A stretch of DNA of 64,000 nt. Source: Syntrophorhabdaceae bacterium. GTDB lineage: Bacteria; Desulfobacterota; Syntrophorhabdia; Syntrophorhabdales; Syntrophorhabdaceae. Shown piece after piece: positions 55,043 through 64,000 of the stretch; position 1 is the first letter of the stretch; each line of letters begins with the position of its first letter. A model generated the notes under the pieces. The model ran no database searches and was not told where the DNA came from. It was given only the letters and a program-made list of their open reading frames with translations. The position numbers and the translations under genes were made by a program. Where the stretch lies: the NCBI GenBank assembly GCA_963665295.1, contig OY762209.1:2176001-2240000 (forward strand), given 5' to 3'.

Positions 55043-56161
55043 CTAGGCCCGTGTCAGTTCAAACCAGAATGAGTTCCCCTCTTCCGTCTCGCTCTCGACG
55101 CCTATGACGCCCCCATGGGCTTCAACAGCCAGTTTGCAGAAGGTAAGCCCCAGGGCGGTTGCGTATTTCTTGCCCCCCGAACCTCCCTCGGCCTGACCGA
55201 AACTGTCAAAGAGCTTCTCACGGTGTTCCGGCGGGATGGCAGGGGCGTTGTCGCTCACCATGACCCGGACGCGGCCGTCGGCGGACTTGATGCCGAGCCG
55301 TACCCAGCCGTCTGAGGGGATGGTCTTCAACGCGTTTCCGATAAGGCTCTGAATCACGCGCCGGATGAGATCGTGGTCGGCCACGAGGTCGACGGGTCCG
55401 GCAGAAGCGTCGAGGGAAAGCCGCCCCCTGGCGGCGCTGTCCATATCGGCAAGGATCCTCTTTGCCACGTCAAGGAGGTCGCATTTCATGAGATTGAGTT
55501 TCAGGGCGCTCGTCTCCATCTTGTTTACATCAAGCATGGTGTTCAGTATGCCCACGAGGGCGGAAACCGATTCGGAACCCTTTCGCGCATATCCAAGGCT
55601 TTTCTGCGAGAGTATCTTCCCGTCCGTCAGGGTGATCAACTCGAGGTACCCGGAGATGGTAGTAAGCGAATTACGGAGGTCATGGGCGATCATATGGACA
55701 AGGTTGTCCCGGAGCCGCCTCGCGTCCCGGAGTTCAGCCCCGTTTCGCTCCGACTCCCGCCGGTAGCGGCAAAGGTTGAGGTGGGTTTGCACCCGCGCCG
55801 CCACTTCTTCAAGGTGAAAGGGCTTCATCACGTAGTCGGCTGCGCCCGCCCCGAAGACCCCGGCCCTATCCGCCGGTTCGGGAAAGCTCCCCATGAGGAT
55901 AACGGGAATGCCCTTCAGGGTCTCATCGGAATTTACCTCTCCCAATATTTCATAACCGTTCATTTCCGGCATATCGACGTCGAGAAGCATAAGGTCGGGC
56001 CTGTTGGCCCGGGCCGCTTCCAGAGTGAGTTTCCCGTTCCGGGCTGTCCTCACCGTGTATCCCCGGTTCTTGAGCATGGCCGCGAGTTCCCGTCCCTCAG
56101 CGGCATTGTCGCTCGCCACAAGAACCGCGTGGCCGGAGTGTTTCATATTTTCCTGTGTCAT
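55043..56161 (-). CDS. Hybrid receiver-histidine kinase
   Basis: LLDVDMPEMNG receiver; IAHDLRNSL H-box; IGNALK N-box; G boxes partly degenerate (DNAPAI, ATALGL). Confidence 0.9.
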   Translation of the reverse strand: MTQENMKHSGHAVLVASDNAAEGRELAAMLKNRGYTVRTARNGKLTLEAARANRPDLMLLDVDMPEMNGYEILGEVNSDETLKGIPVILMGSFPEPADRAGVFGAGAADYVMKPFHLEEVAARVQTHLNLCRYRRESERNGAELRDARRLRDNLVHMIAHDLRNSLTTISGYLELITLTDGKILSQKSLGYARKGSESVSALVGILNTMLDVNKMETSALKLNLMKCDLLDVAKRILADMDSAARGRLSLDASAGPVDLVADHDLIRRVIQSLIGNALKTIPSDGWVRLGIKSADGRVRVMVSDNAPAIPPEHREKLFDSFGQAEGGSGGKKYATALGLTFCKLAVEAHGGVIGVESETEEGNSFWFELTRA

Positions 56162-56462
56162 AGGTCTCCCCTTTATTACACGAGTACCGGCAGTCGGCCG
56201 GAACGCAATCAGCCGCCTGTCCCTTTTTCTCGTTCCCCCTCTGTCGAAGCGGACAGGCAGAAAGACATGTACCTATCTTACACCGATTCGGCTATCGTCG
56301 ACAAGTCAAAGGCTCCACAATATGGACCCAAATGTCCTGGAAAGACGTAATACTCAAAGAATATGATTACTTAGAGAGTGAGCATATCTATTACCCGGCA
56401 ATATCGTCCGTTGACTGAGAGGCGTTTTTGGTCTAAAATGAGGCACATATCATACCGGCGCC

Positions 56463-57992
56463 ATGATCTTGATCCATCCTCCCATTGTAAAACCATCGGA
56501 GCCGCCTCCCGGAGTCGCGAAGCTCATGGGTGCGTGCGTTGCCCATGGAGTGCCTTGCCGCCTTCTTGATGCGAATATGGAGGGCATCCTCGCCCTCCTG
56601 AAGCAAGAGTGCCGTCCCCGGGATACATGGGGGAAGCGGGCGGCGGGGAACGTGGAACGGAACCTCCATGCCCTGAGGGACTTGCGCGCTTACAGGTCCT
56701 TCGACCGGTACAGAAGGGCGGTCATGGACGTGAACAAAGTTCTCGAGATCGCGGGCGCTGCCGCAGGGGCGCATATGGGCCTGGGAAACTACCTTCACGA
56801 AGGATTTTCACCGGTGAAAAGCAGCGACCTCATGCGAGCCGCGGAAGGGCCTGAGAGCAATCCTTTCTACCCCTATTTCAGCGAAAGGCTCCCGGCCCTT
56901 ATTGAAGAGGAACAGACGGGCCTCGTGGGTTTTTCCCTCAATTATCTGAGCCAGGCCCTGTGCGTCTTTGCCATGACAGGGTTTCTGAAGAAGCGTTTTC
57001 CCGGTCTCAGGGTGGTGCTGGGAGGCGGCCTCATCACTTCCTGGACAAGGAGGCCGGGATGGAACAATCCTTTCACCGGTCTTATCGACCATATCATAAC
57101 CGGCCCGGGGGAGATGCCCCTCCTTGAACTGATGGGTGTCCAGGGGACTGCAAAGGCTCACTTTCCTCCCCGGTACGAGACCCTGCCCATGGGTGACTAT
57201 ATCTCCCCGGGGGTGGTCCTTCCCTATGCCGCGTCCACGGGGTGCTATTGGAACAGGTGCGCCTTCTGTCCGGAAAAGGCCGAGGGGAACCGGTACGCGA
57301 AGGTGCCCGACAATACGGCCATGGAGGACCTCGGGACCCTCGTCAATGCGGTAAAGCCCGCCATGATACACCTGGTGGACAATGCCATAAGCCCTTCCCT
57401 TATGAAGGCCCTCGCGAAGAACCCTCCCGGCGCGCCGTGGTACGGCTTCACGAGGATTACGGAGGCCCTCTCGGACCTCGATTTTTGCATGGCTCTCAGG
57501 CGCTCGGGGTGCGTCATGCTGAAGGTGGGCCTCGAGTCGGGGGACCAGGGAGTGCTTGACGCGATGCACAAGGGGAACGACACGGGCATGACGGGAAAGG
57601 TGCTTCACGCTCTCAAGAGCGCGGGAATAGGGACCTATGCCTACCTCCTCTTCGGGACGCCCTCGGAATCGGAGGCGGAGGCGCGGAAGACCCTGGCCTT
57701 TACCGCTGCCCATGCCGGCCTCATCGATTTCCTCAATGTGGCCGTATTTAACCTGCCTGCCCATTCACCGGAGGCGGGACTCCTCGACACCGCCGAATTT
57801 TACGCGGGCGACCTTTCTTTATACAGGGATTTCGTTCACCCCAGGGGCTGGGGCAGGAAACAGGTCAGGGCGTTCCTTGAAAAAGAGTTCAGGAGGGAGC
57901 CCTCTATCGCCGCCATAATCAGGCGTGACCCACCCGTATTCACCTCGAACCACGCCCCGTTTTTTCTCCCTCCGCCGCCACACTTGTTTTGA
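56463..57992 (+). CDS. B12-binding-domain-like radical SAM protein
   Basis: CYWNRCAFC, VLGGG, GLESGD; TTGACT-17-TAAAAT promoter at 56411-56439. Confidence 0.88.
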   Translation: MILIHPPIVKPSEPPPGVAKLMGACVAHGVPCRLLDANMEGILALLKQECRPRDTWGKRAAGNVERNLHALRDLRAYRSFDRYRRAVMDVNKVLEIAGAAAGAHMGLGNYLHEGFSPVKSSDLMRAAEGPESNPFYPYFSERLPALIEEEQTGLVGFSLNYLSQALCVFAMTGFLKKRFPGLRVVLGGGLITSWTRRPGWNNPFTGLIDHIITGPGEMPLLELMGVQGTAKAHFPPRYETLPMGDYISPGVVLPYAASTGCYWNRCAFCPEKAEGNRYAKVPDNTAMEDLGTLVNAVKPAMIHLVDNAISPSLMKALAKNPPGAPWYGFTRITEALSDLDFCMALRRSGCVMLKVGLESGDQGVLDAMHKGNDTGMTGKVLHALKSAGIGTYAYLLFGTPSESEAEARKTLAFTAAHAGLIDFLNVAVFNLPAHSPEAGLLDTAEFYAGDLSLYRDFVHPRGWGRKQVRAFLEKEFRREPSIAAIIRRDPPVFTSNHAPFFLPPPPHLF

Positions 57993-58041
57993 CAAAGGCG
58001 ATACTGCATTATAGAATATGGGCCGGACGGAAGGAGCGGTG

Positions 58042-58734
58042 ATGAAACGCATTGCAGGACTGATAATATTCCTCTTCGTGGCGGCAGGTCTCGTATCATG
58101 TGTCCTCCCCATAAGGAAAACAATAGAAAAACCCGTCTACAGTCTCCCCCTGAACGAAGGAGTGACCAACCTCGTTCTCACGGATATGGAAAGGGACGTG
58201 GTGAGACAGTTGAACGACCTGAGGGCCAATCCCAGGGAATGGGCCGATTACGTAAGGAAACTCAAGGGGCGCTCCCGCGGTTTCACCCTTGAACAGCAGG
58301 GCAGGCAGAGCATTGACGGTGAAGAAGCGGTGAGGGCGGCGGACGACGCTACCTACTTTCTGGAGAACACGTCGCCCCTGCCGCCGTTCAAAGTATCGAA
58401 AGGGCTTTGTTTCGCTGCCCGGGACCTTCTGAAGGACCATGGCCCCAAGGGCCTCACGGGCCACAAGGGAAGCGATGGAAGTACTACCTTCAGCCGGATC
58501 ATGCGGTACGGGGGGTGGGAAGGGAAAGCGGGTGAGAACCTTCTTTACGGGTACAAGGACGCCGACAGGCTTGTGGTGGGCCTGCTTACCGAAGGGGGCT
58601 CCGAGGGACTCGATCAGAGGAAGAACATTTTCGACAAGAATTTCAACCTCATAGGTATTGCATGCGGTCCCCATAATGTTTACCGGACCATGTGCGTCAT
58701 CGATTTCGCCGAAAAGTACATGGAGATGCCTTAA
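58042..58734 (+). CDS. CAP/SCP-domain lipoprotein
   Basis: LVSC lipobox; LNDLRANP, GHKGSDGS, GENL; TTGACA-17-TAGAAT promoter at 57989-58017. Confidence 0.85.
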   Translation: MKRIAGLIIFLFVAAGLVSCVLPIRKTIEKPVYSLPLNEGVTNLVLTDMERDVVRQLNDLRANPREWADYVRKLKGRSRGFTLEQQGRQSIDGEEAVRAADDATYFLENTSPLPPFKVSKGLCFAARDLLKDHGPKGLTGHKGSDGSTTFSRIMRYGGWEGKAGENLLYGYKDADRLVVGLLTEGGSEGLDQRKNIFDKNFNLIGIACGPHNVYRTMCVIDFAEKYMEMP

Positions 58735-58789
58735 CCCGGGAAAATCGGCAGCACCGACAAAAGACAGATATAAATCAAGGAGGCATTCA

Positions 58790-59203
58790 GTGAGCGAAGA
58801 CGACGTAAGAAAAAGGACTCAGGAAACGGCAAAGAAGCTTTTCAGCAAGGGCGTAAAGATGGACCCCCCTTACGTGATGTGGAAGCAGTTTGACAGGGAC
58901 CTCGCCAACGATCTCTCTATGTTCATTACGGGCAACCTCTATTCAAGGACGGTACTTACATTGCCCGAGAGACAGATGGCCGCGTGCGCCATGCTCGCCG
59001 CCCTCGGCGCCGCGGACGAGTTGAGGCTCCACGTGAACGCCGCGTTGAACGTGGGTTGCGACCCCAGGAAACTGGCGGAAGTCTTCTTTCAGTTGGCCCC
59101 CTACGGCGGGATGCCCCTTGTGAACAAGGCCCTCGAGGTATACAGGGATGTCCTCAAGGAACGAGGAGAGTGGGAGAGTTTCAAGGGAGGGTCGGGGGCT
59201 TAG
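58790..59203 (+). CDS. Carboxymuconolactone decarboxylase family protein
   Basis: GTG start after AGGAGG; LYSRTVL...ELRLHVNAALNVG...YGGMP. Confidence 0.85.
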   Translation: MSEDDVRKRTQETAKKLFSKGVKMDPPYVMWKQFDRDLANDLSMFITGNLYSRTVLTLPERQMAACAMLAALGAADELRLHVNAALNVGCDPRKLAEVFFQLAPYGGMPLVNKALEVYRDVLKERGEWESFKGGSGA

Positions 59204-59550
59204 TCCCCGTCCTTATACCATCCTCCCATAAGGTGCAGGTGAAGGTAAAAGATCACCTGCCCTGCGCCGCGTTCCACGTTGAAGGTTAACCTGTAGCCCG
59301 AGCGGGAGATCCCGAATTCCTTTGCGAGGTCCCTGGCCTTGAGGACCATGGCGGAGATGATATCCCCGTCGTTTTCCGTGATATCGTTGATGCTCCTTAT
59401 GTGCCGTCGCGGTACGATAAGGAGGTGGACAGGGGCGTGAGGGTGCTTGTCTTTGAACGCCGTGACGGTGTCGTCACGATAGACGATTTCCGCAGGTCTC
59501 TCCCCCCTTATGATCCCGCAAAAGATGCAGTCCTTTTCTATGTCGCTCAT
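59200..59550 (-). CDS. HIT-family (Hint) nucleotide hydrolase
   Basis: DCIFC, AGQVIFYLHLHLMGG. Confidence 0.92.
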   Translation of the reverse strand: MSDIEKDCIFCGIIRGERPAEIVYRDDTVTAFKDKHPHAPVHLLIVPRRHIRSINDITENDGDIISAMVLKARDLAKEFGISRSGYRLTFNVERGAGQVIFYLHLHLMGGWYKDGD

Positions 59551-59776
59551 ACACTTAACCCCGGGACCGGGCCCGATAGCTGAAATTTAATCAGGGGCGA
59601 GCCTCCCTTTCAAGGGGGGGGCGGAGACGGTAATGGTCCGGGATGTTTTTTGTTGACAGAACGCGGCGGCTGTCCTATTTTCTTCTTAAAATCAGGAAAA
59701 CAACTGTTTGTCGGTCCGGGTCTTCCAGGGGGTAAAGCTCGCCCGGACCCTATCGTCCAAAAAGGGAGGGTAAAGG

Positions 59777-61639
59777 ATGGCAAAGGAAATTACCCGTATT
59801 GCCGATATCGACATGGACGGGGTTGTCTCAGGCAGAACCTACACCCCGTCCCCTGTGGCGTGGGAGGACAAGGTTTTCTACTTTCTTATGGTGGACCGTT
59901 TTTCCGACGGCAAGGAGACCGGGTACCTTGACAACGAGGGCAGGAAGGTGACCGGTAAAGGCACGCCCCTCTTTTCCCTCCCCCAGGCGGGCAATATCCC
60001 TTACGAGACCTGGGCCGGGAACGGGCAGGGGTGGAAGGGCGGCAACCTGAAGGGGTTGACAAGCAAACTGGGTTATCTCAGCCGCATGGGAATCACCGCG
60101 CTCTGGGTCAGTCCCGTGTTCAAGCAGGTCGAATTCACCGAAACCTACCACGGGTACGGCATTCAGAATTTTCTGGCCGTGGATCCCCATTTCGGCACCG
60201 GGGAAGACCTTACGGCGCTGGTCAGGACGGCCCACTCCCTGGGCATTGCCGTGGTCCTCGATATCATCATCAACCACACGGGCAATGTGTTCTCTTACAA
60301 ACCGGACCGGTACAAGACCACCAGGGACGGAACAACCTTTTTCGACCCTCGGTGGGATAACAGGCCCTACGACGTGGCGGGATTCAACGATGCTCACGGA
60401 AATCCGACGATTCCTTTTCGCGCCGACGGAACCACGGACGTGAAAGGCGCCGTTTTCCCCATGGAGTTGCAGGACCCCGGGACCTTCACCTGCAAAGGGC
60501 GGATCGACAATTGGGACCACGACCCTGAATTCCGGGAAGGCGATTTCTGCGACCTGAAAGACGTGCGCCACGGCGCCGGGGAGCCGGACCGATACGAGCC
60601 GTCCGATGCGCTCCGGGTATTGACCGCTGCATACAAATACTGGATTGCCGTCACCGATGTGGACGGGTTCAGGATCGATACGGTCAAACATATGGATCAG
60701 GGGGCAACACGCTACTTTGCATCGGCGATCCATGAATTCGCCCTCACCCTCGGCAAGGAACATTTCTTCCTGATAGGAGAGATTACCGGCGGCAGGGAAA
60801 ATGCCTTCCATACCCTCGAAGCGACCGGTCTCGACGCCGCCCTGGGCATTGACGACATTCCCGACAAGCTGGAGTATCTGGCGAAAGGGTATCGGAACCC
60901 CATCGATTATTTCAACCTGTTCCGCAACTCGCTGCTGGTGCAAAAGGAATCGCACACCTGGTTCCGCGACAAGGTGGTAACGGTATTCGACGACCATGAT
61001 CAGGTACGCAAAGGGAAATGGAAGGCGCGGTTCTCGGCGAAGGACGACGGGTGGAAGGTCGTTCCGAACGTGCTTGCCCTCAATGCCCTTACCCTGGGGA
61101 TCCCATGCATCTACTATGGATCGGAACAGTATTTCAACGGTCACGCTGTGGAAGAGCGCGACGGGAACGACGTTTTTCTCAGGGAATGCATGTTCGGAGG
61201 GGATTACGGTGCCCTCGGAAGCTCGGGTTATCACTTCTTCGATGACTCTTCGGGGGCCTATATCGAGTTATCGAAGATTCTCGAAATCCGCAGGGCGGAG
61301 GTGACGCTCAGGCGCGGGCGACAGTACCTCAGGGAGATATCCGGCAATGGAACCGATTTCGGCCTTCCCGCAATGATCGGGAAAGAAATCCGCTCCGTGG
61401 TGCCGTGGTCGCGCGTGCTCGACGCTCAGGAGATCGTGGTCGCCATCAACACGGACTATAATGAGACACGCACCGCCTGGGTGACCATCGACAACCGGCT
61501 GCATGAGGCCGGCGCAACCCTCAGGTGCCTCTATTCATCCGACGCGTCCGCCATCGGCTCCACGGTCGAGGTGGAAGGGCGAAACGGTAAGGCCGTGAAG
61601 GTCTCCGTGCCCGCGGCAGGATGCGTGATTTACAAATAG
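59777..61639 (+). CDS. GH13 alpha-amylase-family glycoside hydrolase
   Basis: YHGYG, DIIINH, DGFRIDTVKH, GEI, DDHD. Confidence 0.93.
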   Translation: MAKEITRIADIDMDGVVSGRTYTPSPVAWEDKVFYFLMVDRFSDGKETGYLDNEGRKVTGKGTPLFSLPQAGNIPYETWAGNGQGWKGGNLKGLTSKLGYLSRMGITALWVSPVFKQVEFTETYHGYGIQNFLAVDPHFGTGEDLTALVRTAHSLGIAVVLDIIINHTGNVFSYKPDRYKTTRDGTTFFDPRWDNRPYDVAGFNDAHGNPTIPFRADGTTDVKGAVFPMELQDPGTFTCKGRIDNWDHDPEFREGDFCDLKDVRHGAGEPDRYEPSDALRVLTAAYKYWIAVTDVDGFRIDTVKHMDQGATRYFASAIHEFALTLGKEHFFLIGEITGGRENAFHTLEATGLDAALGIDDIPDKLEYLAKGYRNPIDYFNLFRNSLLVQKESHTWFRDKVVTVFDDHDQVRKGKWKARFSAKDDGWKVVPNVLALNALTLGIPCIYYGSEQYFNGHAVEERDGNDVFLRECMFGGDYGALGSSGYHFFDDSSGAYIELSKILEIRRAEVTLRRGRQYLREISGNGTDFGLPAMIGKEIRSVVPWSRVLDAQEIVVAINTDYNETRTAWVTIDNRLHEAGATLRCLYSSDASAIGSTVEVEGRNGKAVKVSVPAAGCVIYK

Positions 61640-61748
61640 CCGGGCGGTGAGGGGGTGCTGAAGACGAACGGGACTCGTTCCTGCGGTTCGCACTCCTCCC
61701 GGCGGGGGAAAAGAGGACAGAGGAAAGACAGGGGTGTTCCGACCGGGT

Positions 61749-63344
61749 TCAGCTCAATGTCGCTATGGGCGCTTCCTGCATCCACAATCCGTGGATGAAG
61801 CTGTAAAGCTCATCCGACACTGAAACCTTGAAAGGCGTAGGGTTGACCGGCCTCAGATGGTCGGGCCGGAACTCTTTCAGCTGCTGAAGGACATAATTTT
61901 TTGTCTCGTGGATATCGACGATACGTTGTACAGTATCCTGTCCATCCCAGTATAACCGGTGCAAAGGGCGGACTTCCGTGGGCATCACATAGGCCCTCTT
62001 GGATTCCTCGAAGGGATGGCGGCAGAAGAATTTCGTCCCCGCCTCCGGAGCCTCGTCGCCCACTTTGATGATCACATCGAGGAGGGGCGTCTTATCAGCC
62101 CCGATAAGGCGGTACCCTTCCTTTCTTCCCGGTATGGTGACCTTTCCCTTGGATAGCTTTATCCGCGGGTTGCCGTCTATCATTACCAGTTTATACACGC
62201 ATCCCAATGCAGGCTGCGCTTCGCAGGTAACCTGGTTAGTGCCGATGCCGAATACGTCGATTTCGTGGCCCTGCCTCTGCATCTCGGTCATGGCGACTTC
62301 ATTCAACTCGTTGCTCGCCGTTATAGTGAGACCGGAAAAGTCGAGACCGAGTGTCTTGCTCACATTCCGGAACATCCTTTTACTCTCTTTGGAAAGGTAC
62401 GCCAGGTCTTCGGAATCGATCCGTATGCCGATGGGCTCGTACCCGAAATGTTTCAATGCGGCGGCCACGCAAATAAAATTCGGAACACCGGACCTGCGTG
62501 TGTCATAGGTGTCCACGAGGGCCAGAAACCTGTCAGGAAACGCCTGGGCGTAGGAAATGAAAGCCGCCAGTTCTCCATCGTTCGTTTCGGTAAACCTCAG
62601 GTCGCCTCTCATGCGCAACACGCAGTCCACAAAATCTCTTTCCTTACCTTCCTTGTCAACAAGGGTCCTCGACTTCAAATCATCGAGGCCCTGAAAGGCC
62701 TGCACAAAGGAATGGGCATGGGTGCCCATAACGGGAATTCCAAAGAGTTCGCCCGCTTTGACGTTGCTCGTGCCGTCAAAACCGCCGATATAACTGTACC
62801 TGGACGCCGACACGCCGCCATCGGGACCTTGTGCTCTCCTTAACCCGAACTCGACCAGTTTCTTGTCGAACCCGGCGAGGAGCCTGAACCTCGCTGCCTG
62901 AGTGGCTTCCAGACTGGGGTAGTTGATGAGGTTGAGAAGGGTGGTTTCAAGCAGTTGACCCACCGCCAGGGGCCCTTCGACCCTGATGAGCGGTACCGCA
63001 GGAAAGGCGAGAGTCCCTTCCGCGAGGGAGTAGATCTTTATCCTGGAGCAGTCTACCGTCTTCAGCCATTCGAAAAATCCTTCTTCACACACCTTTAAAG
63101 GACCCTTTTTCAAATAGTCGATCTGGCTGTCATTGAATCCGAAGGAGGAGACAAAGTTAATCACTTCTCCAAGTCCCGCGAATACGGTAAACTCGCCGTC
63201 GAAAGGGTTTTTTCTGAAAAACAGGTCAAAAACCGCCTCGTCGTCCACCTTGCCGGCCTTCCAATAGCCGTACGCCATGGTGAGCTGATATAAGTCGGTG
63301 AGGGTTGAATCTACCAGGGGATTTGTCGGATACATATCTGCCAC
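61749..63344 (-). CDS. pncB: Nicotinate phosphoribosyltransferase
   Basis: TDLYQLTM, FGLRRAQGPD, GTHAHSFV, LVDTYD, GCVYKL. Confidence 0.95.
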   Translation of the reverse strand: MADMYPTNPLVDSTLTDLYQLTMAYGYWKAGKVDDEAVFDLFFRKNPFDGEFTVFAGLGEVINFVSSFGFNDSQIDYLKKGPLKVCEEGFFEWLKTVDCSRIKIYSLAEGTLAFPAVPLIRVEGPLAVGQLLETTLLNLINYPSLEATQAARFRLLAGFDKKLVEFGLRRAQGPDGGVSASRYSYIGGFDGTSNVKAGELFGIPVMGTHAHSFVQAFQGLDDLKSRTLVDKEGKERDFVDCVLRMRGDLRFTETNDGELAAFISYAQAFPDRFLALVDTYDTRRSGVPNFICVAAALKHFGYEPIGIRIDSEDLAYLSKESKRMFRNVSKTLGLDFSGLTITASNELNEVAMTEMQRQGHEIDVFGIGTNQVTCEAQPALGCVYKLVMIDGNPRIKLSKGKVTIPGRKEGYRLIGADKTPLLDVIIKVGDEAPEAGTKFFCRHPFEESKRAYVMPTEVRPLHRLYWDGQDTVQRIVDIHETKNYVLQQLKEFRPDHLRPVNPTPFKVSVSDELYSFIHGLWMQEAPIATLS

Positions 63345-63641
63345 GTCCTATAACATTATTTCTGTGATTGCATGGAGTAGGTGGGCTTTGCCTACGGGAC
63401 CCATGATGCTACCCCGTCAAAAGCGCGGCGAAACTCCGGCCGCAGCCGCAGATGATCTGTGCGGAACCTGAATCTAATCCCTATTATTTCAAAATGGCAC
63501 GGGGATGTCAAGGGAACATTGGGAAAGGATAGGTATCAGGGCGCCCGACCGATGAGCGGACCTTGACTTCGCGCCACGAAAAACCTGTGGCGGAGCAAGG
63601 GGGAGTCTGATAGAATATTCCATTACAATAAGGGGTGTCCC

Positions 63642-63989
63642 ATGAAAATCACGAGTCTCGACAAAGTCGAAAAGAAGAAGATGGCCATGGAGGGGGCGAA
63701 GGATGTGTATAAACAGATCCCCATATCGAAGGCCGACGGGACGCCTTTGGTCTCACTCAGGGTATTCAGTTTCGAGCCCGGAGGCCACACGCCTTACCAC
63801 ACCCATCCTTTCGAGCACCTCAATTATATCATTGAAGGAAGCGGCGTCCTGGTCAAGGAAAGCGGAGAAGAGATACCTGTAAAGAAGGGTGATTTTGTGC
63901 TTGTCCTGCCCAATGAAAAGCACCAGTACAGAAGCTCGTCCGAAAGTCCCATGGTGATGATATGCGGCGCGCCTAAGGAGTACGAGTAG
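63642..63989 (+). CDS. Cupin-domain protein
   Basis: GGHTPYHTHPFEHLNYIIEG...PNEKHQY. Confidence 0.9.
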   Translation: MKITSLDKVEKKKMAMEGAKDVYKQIPISKADGTPLVSLRVFSFEPGGHTPYHTHPFEHLNYIIEGSGVLVKESGEEIPVKKGDFVLVLPNEKHQYRSSSESPMVMICGAPKEYE

Positions 63990-64000
63990 TCTCCCAATTC

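Overview
A 64 kb window from a GC-rich anaerobic aromatic-degrading bacterium; gene content suggests a Desulfobacterota / Syntrophorhabdus-like organism (inference). All family assignments come from motifs recognised by eye; no searches were run. (1) 1-3.9 kb is a lower-GC accessory patch: a DUF2283-type toxin-antitoxin pair and an orphan gene between two ~75 bp direct repeats, followed by two lipoproteins. (2) The benzoyl-CoA lower pathway (GNAT, SDR, had, oah, dch) runs into an M24 peptidase, a TIM-barrel protein and radA. (3) Envelope-modification genes (GT2, AlgJ/AlgI-like O-acetylation pair, GT39-like) and a multi-PAS diguanylate cyclase. (4) A xanthine-dehydrogenase-family molybdoenzyme whose large subunit resembles 4-hydroxybenzoyl-CoA reductase alpha, plus MoaD. 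(5) A large secreted beta-propeller surface protein. (6) Two tandem sigma28-driven flagellin genes, nearly identical except for one 70-codon variable segment; between them is a mosaic junction (exonuclease fragment plus a diverged moaD allele split by an intact IS630). (7) A DnaQ-GIY-YIG hybrid next to a lexA / imuB / small ORF / dnaE2 mutagenesis cassette with a Gram-positive/Chloroflexi-type GAAC-N4-GTTC SOS box. (8) Sigma54-type loci, including a frameshifted activator divergent from a Tat flavocytochrome + 7-haem cytochrome c + tatA operon. (9) Assorted genes: LemA/TPM, radical SAMs, CAP, CMD, HIT, GH13, a eukaryote-type pncB and a cupin. No rRNA, tRNA or CRISPR array was seen.
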